This document shows, piece by piece, positions 15,678 through 23,905 of a stretch of 32,712 nt of DNA. The notes beneath the pieces are model-generated. The model searched no databases and was not told where the DNA came from. It was given only the letters and a program-made list of their open reading frames with translations. The position numbers and the translations under genes are program-made. The stretch's first letter is position 1. Every line of letters starts with the position of its first letter. This stretch comes from an uncultured Gammaproteobacteria bacterium (GTDB lineage Bacteria > Patescibacteriota > Patescibacteriia > 2-12-FULL-60-25). The DNA lies in the NCBI GenBank assembly GCA_964392485.1, contig CAYMPS010000002.1:1-32712 (forward strand), in the 5' to 3' direction.

Positions 15678-16442
15678 ATGGATTCGTATATCGGCATCAC
15701 TGATTTTATGAATTTTGGGCAAGTCCAAGACATGCTCAAGGTGTTCGATGCGAACCGCCCAAGTGGTTCAAACCGGAAGCTTCACGTCGGCGTCATGATG
15801 AGCTACAAGACGCTTTACGGCATAGAGACCAGATGGTCGAAGGCCTTTCCGCCCAAGGAGGAAATCGCCAATATCTTTTCTTCGGACGAGACTATGAACT
15901 GCCTTCACTATGCCGACTACGAAGCCGTTGATATCTTCCAGAGCCTCTGCGAGGCAATCCACTACGGCGGTATCGGCATTGATGCGTTGCAGCTCGACAT
16001 GGTCTGGCCTGATCCGGGATATGTCGCGAACGCGACCCATGCGTCACGAAAGCGACTTGAAGTCATTCTTCAGGTCAGTAAGCGCGCGTTTGAAGAAGCG
16101 AATGATGATCCGCAGGAAGTCGTTGAACGCCTTCGGGATTATGAAGGCGTCGTTCAACGCGTGCTTCTCGACAGGAGCATGGGCCGCGGACTCGGCATGG
16201 ATTCAGCGGAACTCATTCCCTTTGCCCGCGCGATCAAAGAAGCATTCCCGGATTTCGGACTCGTTGTCGCGGGCGGTCTTGGCCCGGACAGCATCGGACT
16301 GGTTGAGCCCCTGATTCGGGAGTTTCCCGATGTGAGCATCGACGCCGAGGGGCGGCTTCGTCCAAGCGGAAGTGCCCTCGAACCGATCGATTGGAGTTTG
16401 GCCGCTGAATACCTCACCAGAGCACTTCATCTTTTCGGCTGA
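15678..16442 (+). CDS. Hypothetical TIM-barrel protein, phosphoribosylanthranilate isomerase (TrpF)-like C-terminus
   Basis: AAGGAGG RBS; LQL, VLLDRSMGRG, VVAGGLGP, IDAEG motifs resemble PRAI strands 3-8. Confidence 0.7.
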   Translation: MDSYIGITDFMNFGQVQDMLKVFDANRPSGSNRKLHVGVMMSYKTLYGIETRWSKAFPPKEEIANIFSSDETMNCLHYADYEAVDIFQSLCEAIHYGGIGIDALQLDMVWPDPGYVANATHASRKRLEVILQVSKRAFEEANDDPQEVVERLRDYEGVVQRVLLDRSMGRGLGMDSAELIPFARAIKEAFPDFGLVVAGGLGPDSIGLVEPLIREFPDVSIDAEGRLRPSGSALEPIDWSLAAEYLTRALHLFG

Positions 16443-16465
16443 CTCTGAAAAAGAAGATAACTTTC

Positions 16466-16494
16466 GGCTCCCATCCTTACGGGTGGGAGTCTTT
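16466..16494 (+). terminator. Terminator after the TrpF-like gene
   Basis: GGCTCCCATCC/GGGTGGGAGTC stem + TTT. Confidence 0.65.
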
Positions 16495-16512
16495 CATTTA
16501 TGAAAAACGAAT

Positions 16513-16549
16513 AGAGCCGTCAGCGTGCGAGTGCACGCGACGGCTCTTT
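16513..16549. repeat. 37-bp hairpin, right copy of the direct repeat
   Basis: AGAGCCGTCAGCGTGCGAGTGCACGCGACGGCTCTTT. Confidence 0.9.
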
Positions 16550-16570
16550 GACGTAGCGGGTGGAGAGGCT

Positions 16571-16876
16571 TCAGGCCGAGGTTTGTTTGGATGCCTTGGC
16601 TTTATCTTTCTGCGAACGCGGCGGCGGAAGCGTTTGGCTTCTGCGGACGAGTGAAACGAGCAGTTTGACCTCTTCGTCCGAGGCTCCGAGGGCAATGAGC
16701 GTTGATGAGAACGCGCCTTCATTGGCGCGACATCTGCTCTTCACTTGTGCGAAGGTCGGGGTTCTCCGCTCCTTGAGCGCTCGTGCGAGGTTCCTGGAAA
16801 TTCCGGGGATTCTCTCAACGTCCGTTTTGTTGTTGATGAGCCGTTCACCGATCCTGATCGTCAACGGTACCTCCAT
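16571..16876 (-). CDS. Small basic hypothetical protein (~97-101 aa)
   Basis: Open frame; GGAGG precedes an in-frame TTG near 16864; RIPGISRNLAR is loosely helix-hairpin-helix-like. Confidence 0.55.
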   Translation of the reverse strand: MEVPLTIRIGERLINNKTDVERIPGISRNLARALKERRTPTFAQVKSRCRANEGAFSSTLIALGASDEEVKLLVSLVRRSQTLPPPRSQKDKAKASKQTSA

Positions 16877-16990
16877 TGGTTGAAAGGATTTTCAGCGTTT
16901 GCGATCCTGGTTGAGATTTGCCGGGCCGGCAATCCCTTGTCTTGTTCGGCGGAATGATCTGGCCGCCTACACGGTAGCCGGAGGAGTGCA

Positions 16991-17101
16991 TCATCCTCGC
17001 CGCTTATCGAAGTCGCGAAGCGCCTGACGTTCCGCTTGAGACCTTTGCCGGATTGGAATGGACGGAACGGAGCGCTTCTTTTTCTTTTTTGCGGCAACCA
17101 T
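16991..17101 (-). CDS. Very small basic peptide (36 aa, MVAAKKKKKRSV...)
   Basis: GGAG 5 nt before the ATG, just after the upstream stop; below the ORF-track cutoff; the overlapping 81-aa frame is an alternative. Confidence 0.4.
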   Translation of the reverse strand: MVAAKKKKKRSVPSIPIRQRSQAERQALRDFDKRRG

Positions 17102-17112
17102 TTCATCTCCGC

Positions 17113-17379
17113 TTACGCAGGATTGGCGCGAACCGTGCGGCGCTTCTTGCCGCTCTTCAGCGCCTTGTGCGCGGACACCATCTTCGTGGCGGCTTTGGGC
17201 TTCCTGCCGCCGGTCTTGGTGCTCGACGTCGCCCCGGGCTTCTTGCCGCTCGTTGAGCCCTTCCGTTCCTTTCTCGCCCTCTTGCGCGCGAGCTCTTCAC
17301 GGAGCCAGTCAGGCTGCTGACGTGTCGGCAGGCTCATGAGGTAGCGCAACCGTTCTTTGGAAATCTTTTTCGCTGCCAT
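17113..17379 (-). CDS. Highly Lys/Arg-rich protein (88 aa), histone-like composition
   Basis: MAAKKISKERLRY...; start coupled to the upstream stop (TAATG); GGAAGG upstream. Confidence 0.65.
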   Translation of the reverse strand: MAAKKISKERLRYLMSLPTRQQPDWLREELARKRARKERKGSTSGKKPGATSSTKTGGRKPKAATKMVSAHKALKSGKKRRTVRANPA

Positions 17380-17579
17380 TAGGACGACACCCTTCCTTCC
17401 CGGGCGCGCGGTTGATTCCCGCGGATGAATGCCTTGCTCCTGATCCGGGGATTGAGCGTGCGCGCATCGCGCACAATTTCTTTCCGTTCTTCCACCGGGA
17501 TGTATACCCGGATCTTCGGGCGCGCTTCCTCCGCTTTCGGAGGCTTCTTCTCGGACAACGGTTTTCTGCAACAGGCCAT
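17379..17579 (-). CDS. Small basic hypothetical protein (66 aa, MACCRKP...)
   Basis: GGAGAGGTG RBS; stop overlaps the next start. Confidence 0.6.
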   Translation of the reverse strand: MACCRKPLSEKKPPKAEEARPKIRVYIPVEERKEIVRDARTLNPRIRSKAFIRGNQPRAREGRVSS

Positions 17580-17744
17580 ATTCACCTCTCCATATGTGGA
17601 AGGTACGCATTTATGGTTATACATCGAACTCGCCGTGTGTTCAAGGATGGAGCCCATGTACTCATTGAGGCGGAGCACTCTCTTGCCATGCCATGGACGG
17701 GCGTATAGTATGCAGTCAAACAAAAATTAACCCCCAATATTTAT

Positions 17745-18062
17745 ATGGAAAAAGAAATCACCGACGCAACGTTTGAAGCAGATGTTCTGCAGGCAAAACA
17801 GCCTGTGTTAGTTGATTTTTGGGCGCCGTGGTGCGGTCCGTGCAGGACGATGGGACCGATTGTGGAAGAGCTCGCCGAAGAGCTTGATGGCAAGGCCGTG
17901 GTGGGCAAGGTGAACGTTGATGAAAACAATCGGTATGCGGGGCAGTACGGCGTGATGAGCATTCCCATGTTCCTGATTTTTAAGGACGGAGATGTCGTGG
18001 ATCAGCTTACGGGCGTGGTGGCCAAAGGAGAGCTTAAGGAGCGGCTAGAGAAGCACATCTAG
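17745..18062 (+). CDS. trxA: Thioredoxin
   Basis: VLVDFWAPWCGPC active site. Confidence 0.97.
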   Translation: MEKEITDATFEADVLQAKQPVLVDFWAPWCGPCRTMGPIVEELAEELDGKAVVGKVNVDENNRYAGQYGVMSIPMFLIFKDGDVVDQLTGVVAKGELKERLEKHI

Positions 18063-18132
18063 CCGTTGGTCGGTTATCGTAAGTCGTTTGTCGGGCAGAA
18101 TGGCTGCGATTCACGACCAACGACCAACGAAT

Positions 18133-19056
18133 ATGCGCGACGTCATCATTATCGGATCGGGGCCGGCCGGGTGGACGGCCGCGATCTACGCGGCGAGAGC
18201 GGAACTGAAACCGCTCGTGTTTGAGGGCGACGAACCCGGCGGGCAGCTCACGACGACCACGGACGTCGAGAACTATCCGGGATTTCCGGAAGGCGTCCTC
18301 GGTCCGGATCTCATGGCCACGCTCAAGAAGCAGGCTGAGCGATTCAATACGGAAATAGTATCAGAGCGTGTTGATGAGATTCGGAAGAATGATGGCGGTT
18401 CGTTTACGGTCGTCTCAAAAGGGGAGGAGTATCAAACGAAGACCATCATCCTCGCAACCGGCGCTACGGCAAAGAGACTGGGACTCGAATCCGAGAAGGC
18501 GCTCTATGGCAAGGGCGTATCCGCGTGCGCCACGTGCGATGGTTTTTTCTTTAAAGACAAAGAGGTGGTCATCGTGGGCGGAGGAGATTCAGCCATGGAG
18601 GAAGCGAACTTCCTCACGCGGTTCGCATCGAAAGTCTACATCGTCCATCGCCGCGACGCGTTCCGCGCATCAAAGATCATGCAGGATCGCGCGTTAAACA
18701 ATCCGAAGATAGAAGTTATTTGGAATTCAGCCGTTACGGAGATTCTGGGCGTGGAAGAAGGCCGTGTGACCGGCGTTCGTCTAAAATCCACAACGGATGG
18801 ATCAACCAGGGATATGAAGATCGATGGGGTGTTCTCCGCTATCGGACACGTGCCAAATTCAGACGTCGTGAAAGGCCTCGTGGACCTGGATGAGAAGGGA
18901 TACGTCAAAACAGACCCCGGGACCTCCAAAACCGGCATACCGGGCATTTTTGCCTGCGGAGACCTGCAGGATTCGCGCTACCGCCAGGCCATCACGGCCG
19001 CCGGGAGCGGTTGCATGGCCGCCTTGGACGCGGAGCGATATTTGGCGGAACGTTGA
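18133..19056 (+). CDS. trxB: Thioredoxin-disulfide reductase
   Basis: IIGSGPAG, CATCDG, VGGGDSAMEEA, GD....YRQAITAAGSG. Confidence 0.97.
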   Translation: MRDVIIIGSGPAGWTAAIYAARAELKPLVFEGDEPGGQLTTTTDVENYPGFPEGVLGPDLMATLKKQAERFNTEIVSERVDEIRKNDGGSFTVVSKGEEYQTKTIILATGATAKRLGLESEKALYGKGVSACATCDGFFFKDKEVVIVGGGDSAMEEANFLTRFASKVYIVHRRDAFRASKIMQDRALNNPKIEVIWNSAVTEILGVEEGRVTGVRLKSTTDGSTRDMKIDGVFSAIGHVPNSDVVKGLVDLDEKGYVKTDPGTSKTGIPGIFACGDLQDSRYRQAITAAGSGCMAALDAERYLAER

Positions 19057-19088
19057 GGTTAGTTTGGGTCATTAGGCCAAATCCCAAC

Positions 19089-19205
19089 GGGTCTACGAAT
19101 TACGAATAGATACGAATCTACGAATACGCTATCAAGCAGCGGTTCGTGAATTCATACATTCGTATCTCCGTTTGTTTGTCCGTCTTTGGTCTAATTCGTA
19201 GACCC
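19089..19205. repeat. Inverted heptamer-like repeat (TACGAAT units)
   Basis: GGGTCTACGAATTA ... TAATTCGTAGACCC terminal inverted repeat with internal TACGAA/TTCGTA units. Confidence 0.75.
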
Positions 19206-19271
19206 TTTTCAATATAGATTTTTTTTGACGCTCATTGTCGCCTGTGATTAGATGGCTCGCGGAGGTGAAAC

Positions 19272-19568
19272 GTGAAAACCAGCACATTCGTTCTTTCGAT
19301 CGTCGGGTGTCTGTTGATGGGGGTGTTCTGTAGCCATACTTGTTCAGATCCAATTGCGAGCTATTTCTCATCATGGGTGCGGAATCGGGCCGCGTTGCAG
19401 GCGCTTATTATCCTGCTCTGCTTTATGCCCAACTCCTTCCCGATTTGGCTTGCGTATGTTTTTCCGCAATGTCCCGAACGGACCGTGGCCAGGCGCTTCG
19501 CTCTGGCCGCGGTCACTATGTACGTTCTCCCGATCGCAGGCCTCTTTTACGTGGTCTCCGTGGGATGA
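19272..19568 (+). CDS. Small membrane protein (98 aa, 3 TM)
   Basis: GTG start with GGAGGTG RBS; followed by a terminator. Confidence 0.65.
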   Translation: MKTSTFVLSIVGCLLMGVFCSHTCSDPIASYFSSWVRNRAALQALIILLCFMPNSFPIWLAYVFPQCPERTVARRFALAAVTMYVLPIAGLFYVVSVG

Positions 19569-19596
19569 TCGCATCTCGCTCTAAACCTTTGTCACG

Positions 19597-19634
19597 AAGA
19601 CCGCTCCGTCTCCTCGGCGTTGAGCGGTCTTTTT
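19597..19634 (+). terminator. Rho-independent terminator
   Basis: AAGACCGCTC/GAGCGGTCTT + T-tract. Confidence 0.75.
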
Positions 19635-19779
19635 GTTTGGCATTCGGTTGATGATGATCCTAAAAGCGTAAGTCAAATGCCAAATGCCAGATGCCAAAAG
19701 CTCATGCCTGTTTGACGATGGGAATTTTTTAGTCCAAGCTTTCGCATAGGTCTTTTACCTTCCAATAGAGAGGTGCGAC

Positions 19780-20628
19780 ATGAGCAGAAAGAAGAAGCGA
19801 GCGGCGGTCGAACCGCCGGAGATCTCTCCGTACGGGGAAGACGGCCCGCTGTCCATGCGGGGTACGAAGTTCGTGGATGGCCATAGCGCGGTCATGATTC
19901 TCACGGAAGATGCGAGGAGAGAATCCGGTCTTCCGTTCGTGGGAGATGAAACGCTGTCCGAGGATGTGAAACACCGGGCTATGGATCTCGTGTATCGGAG
20001 AGACGCATCTTCCCGGGAGTGGGATGCGCGCACTGATCCGTCACGGCACGAACGCGTTCTGCGCGGACTCGTCATACGGCTCGTTGACGCCGGTCTTCCA
20101 AGGATGCTCGGACTCACAAAAGCGAAGTTCAGGGCGCTGTTTCCGCTTTCGTTTGATGCGGAGGCGAAGACGGCGAATCCTTTTTTTGACCAACCGTTTT
20201 ACAGTCTGCATGTTGCGGATGAGCGTGCGATTTTGCGAGCTGCGGGCATCGCCATACGGAAACATATCGTTGACGGCATTCGGCACGTTGTTCAACCCAA
20301 GGAGGCGCGTATCCGGTTTACGCAGCTCGGATGCGGATTCATGGGACAGGATCCGCGCTGTGTGGCTTGGCGATCGTGGCTCGATTACAGCCAAGGACGC
20401 ACACTTTCGTACGACTTGCTCATGGATCTTGTGAGCTTTGCGTGGCTCTCGTTTCAGTACGACATCACGCTGGACTGCGTTGCCATTTCAGGGAGTCTCT
20501 TTACGGACAAGTGGAAGAAAGCGGCTCCCCTGTGCCTCCATAGAACAACGGATGGATGGTACGTGGACGTCTACGATCGCGAACAGTACGAGAAAGAGCC
20601 CCCCGCCCTTTTTCTCATGTCCCGCTAG
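19780..20628 (+). CDS. Hypothetical protein (282 aa)
   Basis: Long ORF with GAGAGG RBS and downstream hairpin; no family recognised. Confidence 0.75.
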   Translation: MSRKKKRAAVEPPEISPYGEDGPLSMRGTKFVDGHSAVMILTEDARRESGLPFVGDETLSEDVKHRAMDLVYRRDASSREWDARTDPSRHERVLRGLVIRLVDAGLPRMLGLTKAKFRALFPLSFDAEAKTANPFFDQPFYSLHVADERAILRAAGIAIRKHIVDGIRHVVQPKEARIRFTQLGCGFMGQDPRCVAWRSWLDYSQGRTLSYDLLMDLVSFAWLSFQYDITLDCVAISGSLFTDKWKKAAPLCLHRTTDGWYVDVYDREQYEKEPPALFLMSR

Positions 20629-20697
20629 ACGTACATCTTGCACCTCCCGTTTCTTCTCATAGCCCCCACGGTTATCTCAATCGTGGGGGTTTGCGTT

Positions 20698-20808
20698 CGG
20701 GCAGCGGGCATGGGGCACAAGGCGGCGGGTCTGTTCGTGAGGTCGTTTTTTTAAATCGGTTTCCCTCATTGCGTATCCCGCCGCCCCGTGCCCCATGCCC
20801 GCTGCCCG
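20698..20808. repeat. Inverted heptamer repeat upstream of rpsP
   Basis: CGGGCAGCGGGCATGGGGCAC...GGCGGCGGG inverted against CCCGCCGCC...GTGCCCCATGCCCGCTGCCCG. Confidence 0.8.
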
Positions 20809-20812
20809 GTTA

Positions 20813-20841
20813 TTGACAGTTTTCCCATATTCCCGTACTAT
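20813..20841 (+). promoter_or_regulatory. sigma70 promoter of rpsP (very short leader)
   Basis: TTGACA-N17-TACTAT, 10 nt before the ATG. Confidence 0.8.
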
Positions 20842-20851
20842 CTCGGCACTT

Positions 20852-21469
20852 ATGCTACACATCAGATTACGGCGAATTGGCAAGAAAAAGCAGCCAACGT
20901 ACCGCCTCATCGTGTGCGAAAAGTCCAAAGATCCCTTCGGAGATTATTTGGAGAATTTGGGCACGTATAATCCGCGCACGACCCCGTCCGAGATCAATCT
21001 CAAGGCGGATCGCATCAGCGAATGGATCTCCAAAGGAGCACAGTGTTCGGACACGGTCTGGAACATCCTTGTGGATCAGGGCGTGGTAAAGGGCGAGAAG
21101 CGCAAGTCCATTCAGATTTCAACGAAGCGCAAAGGAAAGCTCGAAAAGAAATCCGCGGATAAGGCTGTTGCCGACGAAGCGAAGAAGGTGGCCGACGAAG
21201 CCGCGAAAGCCGAGCAGGATGCCGCGAAGGAGGCGGAAGAGGCTGTGAAAGCGGAAGAGGCCACCAAGGAAGCGGAAGCGTCCGTAGAAGCCGCACCTGA
21301 ACAGGAAGCGGAGGCGGCTGCTCCGGAAGCGGAGGTTCCATCAGAGCCCGTAGAAGAGAAGCCGGCAGAAGAGGCTCCTGCAGAAGAAAAATCACCTTCC
21401 GTTGAAGCTCCGGGAGATGAAGCGCCGAAGGCCGAATCTTCCTCCGCTGAAGCTTCGGAGGATAAATAA
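20852..21469 (+). CDS. rpsP: 30S ribosomal protein S16 with a long Ala/Glu-rich C-terminal extension
   Basis: MLHIRLRRIGKK.QPTYRLIV...ENLGTYNP...WISKGAQ.SDTV. Confidence 0.95.
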   Translation: MLHIRLRRIGKKKQPTYRLIVCEKSKDPFGDYLENLGTYNPRTTPSEINLKADRISEWISKGAQCSDTVWNILVDQGVVKGEKRKSIQISTKRKGKLEKKSADKAVADEAKKVADEAAKAEQDAAKEAEEAVKAEEATKEAEASVEAAPEQEAEAAAPEAEVPSEPVEEKPAEEAPAEEKSPSVEAPGDEAPKAESSSAEASEDK

Positions 21470-21605
21470 CCCATTTTAAAGCCATATTGACCCACCCTTT
21501 CCATGGGGTGGGTTTTGTGCTACATTTTCCACCGACGAAGCATTTCTCCTAAAAGGGGAAATGACGTCGAAGATTCCTTAATAAGAGAATATTCTCCATA
21601 CGAAT

Positions 21606-21971
21606 ATGGCTGAAGTTCAAAAGGATCAGGAATTCGTGGAGTCCATCGTGAAGGCTCTCGTGAACCATCCAGAGGACGTTCGCACAGAACGGACTGTCGA
21701 TGATCGCGGTGTCCTCATCACGCTCCACATTAACCAGGACGACATGGGGTACATCATTGGCCGACAGGGCCAGACCGCACGTGCTCTCCGCATCCTCCTC
21801 AAAACGGTTGGTGCGAAGGACAATGCTCGGGTGAACCTCAAAATCTTCGAACCAGAAGAGTCGCGCCGCGAACACCATGAGAAGAAGGCTTCCACACGAA
21901 GCGAAGACAAGGGTTCGCACGGCGAAGCCGGCGTGGTCACTGATCAGGATCTTGCGGATCTCGGCATCTAA
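21606..21971 (+). CDS. khpA: KH-domain RNA-binding protein KhpA
   Basis: IVKALVNHPEDV, DMGYIIGRQGQTARALR; downstream of rpsP. Confidence 0.92.
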   Translation: MAEVQKDQEFVESIVKALVNHPEDVRTERTVDDRGVLITLHINQDDMGYIIGRQGQTARALRILLKTVGAKDNARVNLKIFEPEESRREHHEKKASTRSEDKGSHGEAGVVTDQDLADLGI

Positions 21972-21981
21972 GCAAGTCAAC

Positions 21982-22010
21982 AAGCTCCCCGGTACAATCC
22001 GGGGAGTTTT
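21982..22010 (+). terminator. Terminator after khpA
   Basis: GCTCCCCGG/CCGGGGAGT + TTT. Confidence 0.75.
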
Positions 22011-22121
22011 CGTTACAGCGGATGGTTCGTTGTGCGCGGCTTTCCGAATGTCGTGCGTTATGATTGAGGGGGCGGGGAAGAGAACCACGAACCACGTACC
22101 AATCCGCCACGCACCATTCCG

Positions 22122-22829
22122 TTACCGTTCGTTCGGCTTTTCTCCCGCGTGCTTCTTCTTATGCAGGAAGTAGGAGTAGAACATGGGCGCGAAGGCCGAT
22201 CCGAACACGATCGGGAAGAAGATCCATGGCCGGGCGCCGATGGTAAGCGCCATAATGAGAATAGCGATGCCCGCGACGACGAAGGCCCAGCCCGCAACGC
22301 GCTGGCTCTTCTGCCAGACCTCCGGATCATCAAGCGTCCACGGCGTCCGGAGTCCCACGAACCAGTTCTGACGGATCTTTCCCATGTAGTTTCCCAAGAC
22401 GATGAGGAGTACGCCGATACCGGCGGTTACGAAGTTGCCGACCTGATCGTTGTATTCCGGTTTCAGGGAAACGAGGATCATGATGGCTTCCATGTATCCC
22501 AGAAACAGGATGATGCAAAGCCGAATGGCGAACCACGCTTTTTTAAACGCGTGATAGTTGATGCGCTTCGGATCAATGCGTTCGAAGAAAGAAAACAGGA
22601 ATGTGAATAATGCGGCCATGCCCGGCAGGAGGAAGATGGTCCATTTCGATCCCCAGCTATCCGGCTGTCCGCTGAATCCCCAGTGCGTTGGGATGGGGTC
22701 CGGGAGGTGCGGGAAGGCGGCGATCGCGAGCGCGATCATGACGGCGACCACGATCCAGAGCGGCCACACGATTCCTTTGACGCGTTCGTTCGTATCGTTA
22801 TTTTGATTGGTCACAGTTGAAGAGGTCAT
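22122..22829 (-). CDS. sdpI: SdpI-family immunity membrane protein (DUF1648 + SdpI)
   Basis: LPDPIPTHW...G.PD.WG, GNYMGKIRQNWFVGLRTPWTL...VW; exact start uncertain. Confidence 0.88.
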   Translation of the reverse strand: MTSSTVTNQNNDTNERVKGIVWPLWIVVAVMIALAIAAFPHLPDPIPTHWGFSGQPDSWGSKWTIFLLPGMAALFTFLFSFFERIDPKRINYHAFKKAWFAIRLCIILFLGYMEAIMILVSLKPEYNDQVGNFVTAGIGVLLIVLGNYMGKIRQNWFVGLRTPWTLDDPEVWQKSQRVAGWAFVVAGIAILIMALTIGARPWIFFPIVFGSAFAPMFYSYFLHKKKHAGEKPNER

Positions 22830-23067
22830 AGAGCATTGCGGCAGCGTCTTCAAAGACGCTGAGGTTTAGTGAGTAGATCATGAACTGGCCGTCGCGGAGC
22901 GCCTTTACGAGCCCGGCGCGCTTCAGGATGTCCAGGTGGTGAGACAGAGAAGCCTGCGTAATATCAAAATGCTTCAGAAGATCCGTCACGCTCATGTCCT
23001 TTTTCTTCAAGAGCTGAAGGATTTTTCTTCGATTCCCGTCAGAGAGTGATTTAAAGAGGTGTTCCAT
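22798..23067 (-). CDS. sdpR: ArsR/SmtB-family autorepressor, SdpR-like
   Basis: FKSLSD.NRRKIL.LL...ITQASLSHHLDILKRAGLV...R.GQFMIYSLN; upstream of sdpI. Confidence 0.88.
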   Translation of the reverse strand: MEHLFKSLSDGNRRKILQLLKKKDMSVTDLLKHFDITQASLSHHLDILKRAGLVKALRDGQFMIYSLNLSVFEDAAAMLYDLFNCDQSK

Positions 23068-23134
23068 GGGGAAGGGAGTTAGGGGGGTTAGAGTTTAGGG
23101 AGTTGGGGATCTCGGCTAACGGGTCGATGCTATA

Positions 23135-23162
23135 AGTATATAGATAACTGTCTATATGTCAA
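23135..23162 (-). promoter_or_regulatory. sdpR promoter with an overlapping palindromic operator
   Basis: Minus strand TTGACA-N16-TATACT; palindrome ATATAGAT-N4-GTCTATAT at 23138-23157. Confidence 0.7.
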
Positions 23163-23169
23163 TACAATG

Positions 23170-23206
23170 GTTAAGTATTGACTATAAACTTAACAATTGT
23201 TAATAT
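23170..23206 (+). promoter_or_regulatory. Toxin-antitoxin promoter with palindromic operators
   Basis: TTGACT-N17-(TG)TAATAT; perfect palindrome TTAACAATTGTTAA at 23190-23203; ATG 8 nt after the -10. Confidence 0.7.
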
Positions 23207-23214
23207 ATTTCAAT

Positions 23215-23472
23215 ATGAATAAGAAAGCGTTTTACTCAACGGCGGAGCTGGCAAAGATCCTAGGCATTAGCAGGGTCGCTGTTTTTCAACAGATAAAAGA
23301 TGGAAAAATCCCCGCAATGAAAGTCGGCCGTTCCTACATCGTAGATGCAAAGGACGTTCCCCATGTTTCCGGAGGAGCGTTGCGGGATGCTGATCGCCGG
23401 ATGATTCATACGTCCGTGCAAAGGACCGTTAAAGAATACGGAGAAACATTGAAGCTTCTTGGTACGGAATAA
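23215..23472 (+). CDS. Excisionase-like HTH protein, putative antitoxin
   Basis: YSTAELAKILGISR...IKDGKIPAMKVGRSY; C-terminal EYGETLKLL resembles the tail of Doc-associated antitoxins. Confidence 0.8.
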   Translation: MNKKAFYSTAELAKILGISRVAVFQQIKDGKIPAMKVGRSYIVDAKDVPHVSGGALRDADRRMIHTSVQRTVKEYGETLKLLGTE

Positions 23473-23478
23473 TGTCCT

Positions 23479-23901
23479 ATGCGTGCAACGAGCATATCAA
23501 TCACGGAAGTCGAACAAGTGACGCATGAGCTCGCTCGCGAACTGATGCACTGGGAAGAACCTATCCCGGATTTCGCATCGCGTTTTCCAAATAAACTTGA
23601 AGCGTGTCTTTCCATGCCGTTTCAGCGTTTTTCCGGCAAACAGTTATATGAAGGGCTCATCGGGAAAGCATCCGTGCTTTTTTATTTGATGGTGAAGAAC
23701 CATCCGTTTCAGAATGGGAATAAGCGAATTGCCATGACCACGATGCTTTATTTCCTTATGAAAAACGGCAAGTGGTTGCGCGTTGACCAGCAGGAGCTGT
23801 ATAACTTTGCCAAATGGGTGGCGGAAAGTAACCCAAAACTGAAAGACGAAACGATTAAAGCGATCGAGAAATTTATACAGACGTACCTCGTTAATGCTTA
23901 A
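23479..23901 (+). CDS. Fic/Doc family toxin (Doc type)
   Basis: HPFQNGNKRIA motif; 140 aa; directly downstream of a small HTH gene. Confidence 0.9.
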   Translation: MRATSISITEVEQVTHELARELMHWEEPIPDFASRFPNKLEACLSMPFQRFSGKQLYEGLIGKASVLFYLMVKNHPFQNGNKRIAMTTMLYFLMKNGKWLRVDQQELYNFAKWVAESNPKLKDETIKAIEKFIQTYLVNA

Positions 23902-23905
23902 TAGT

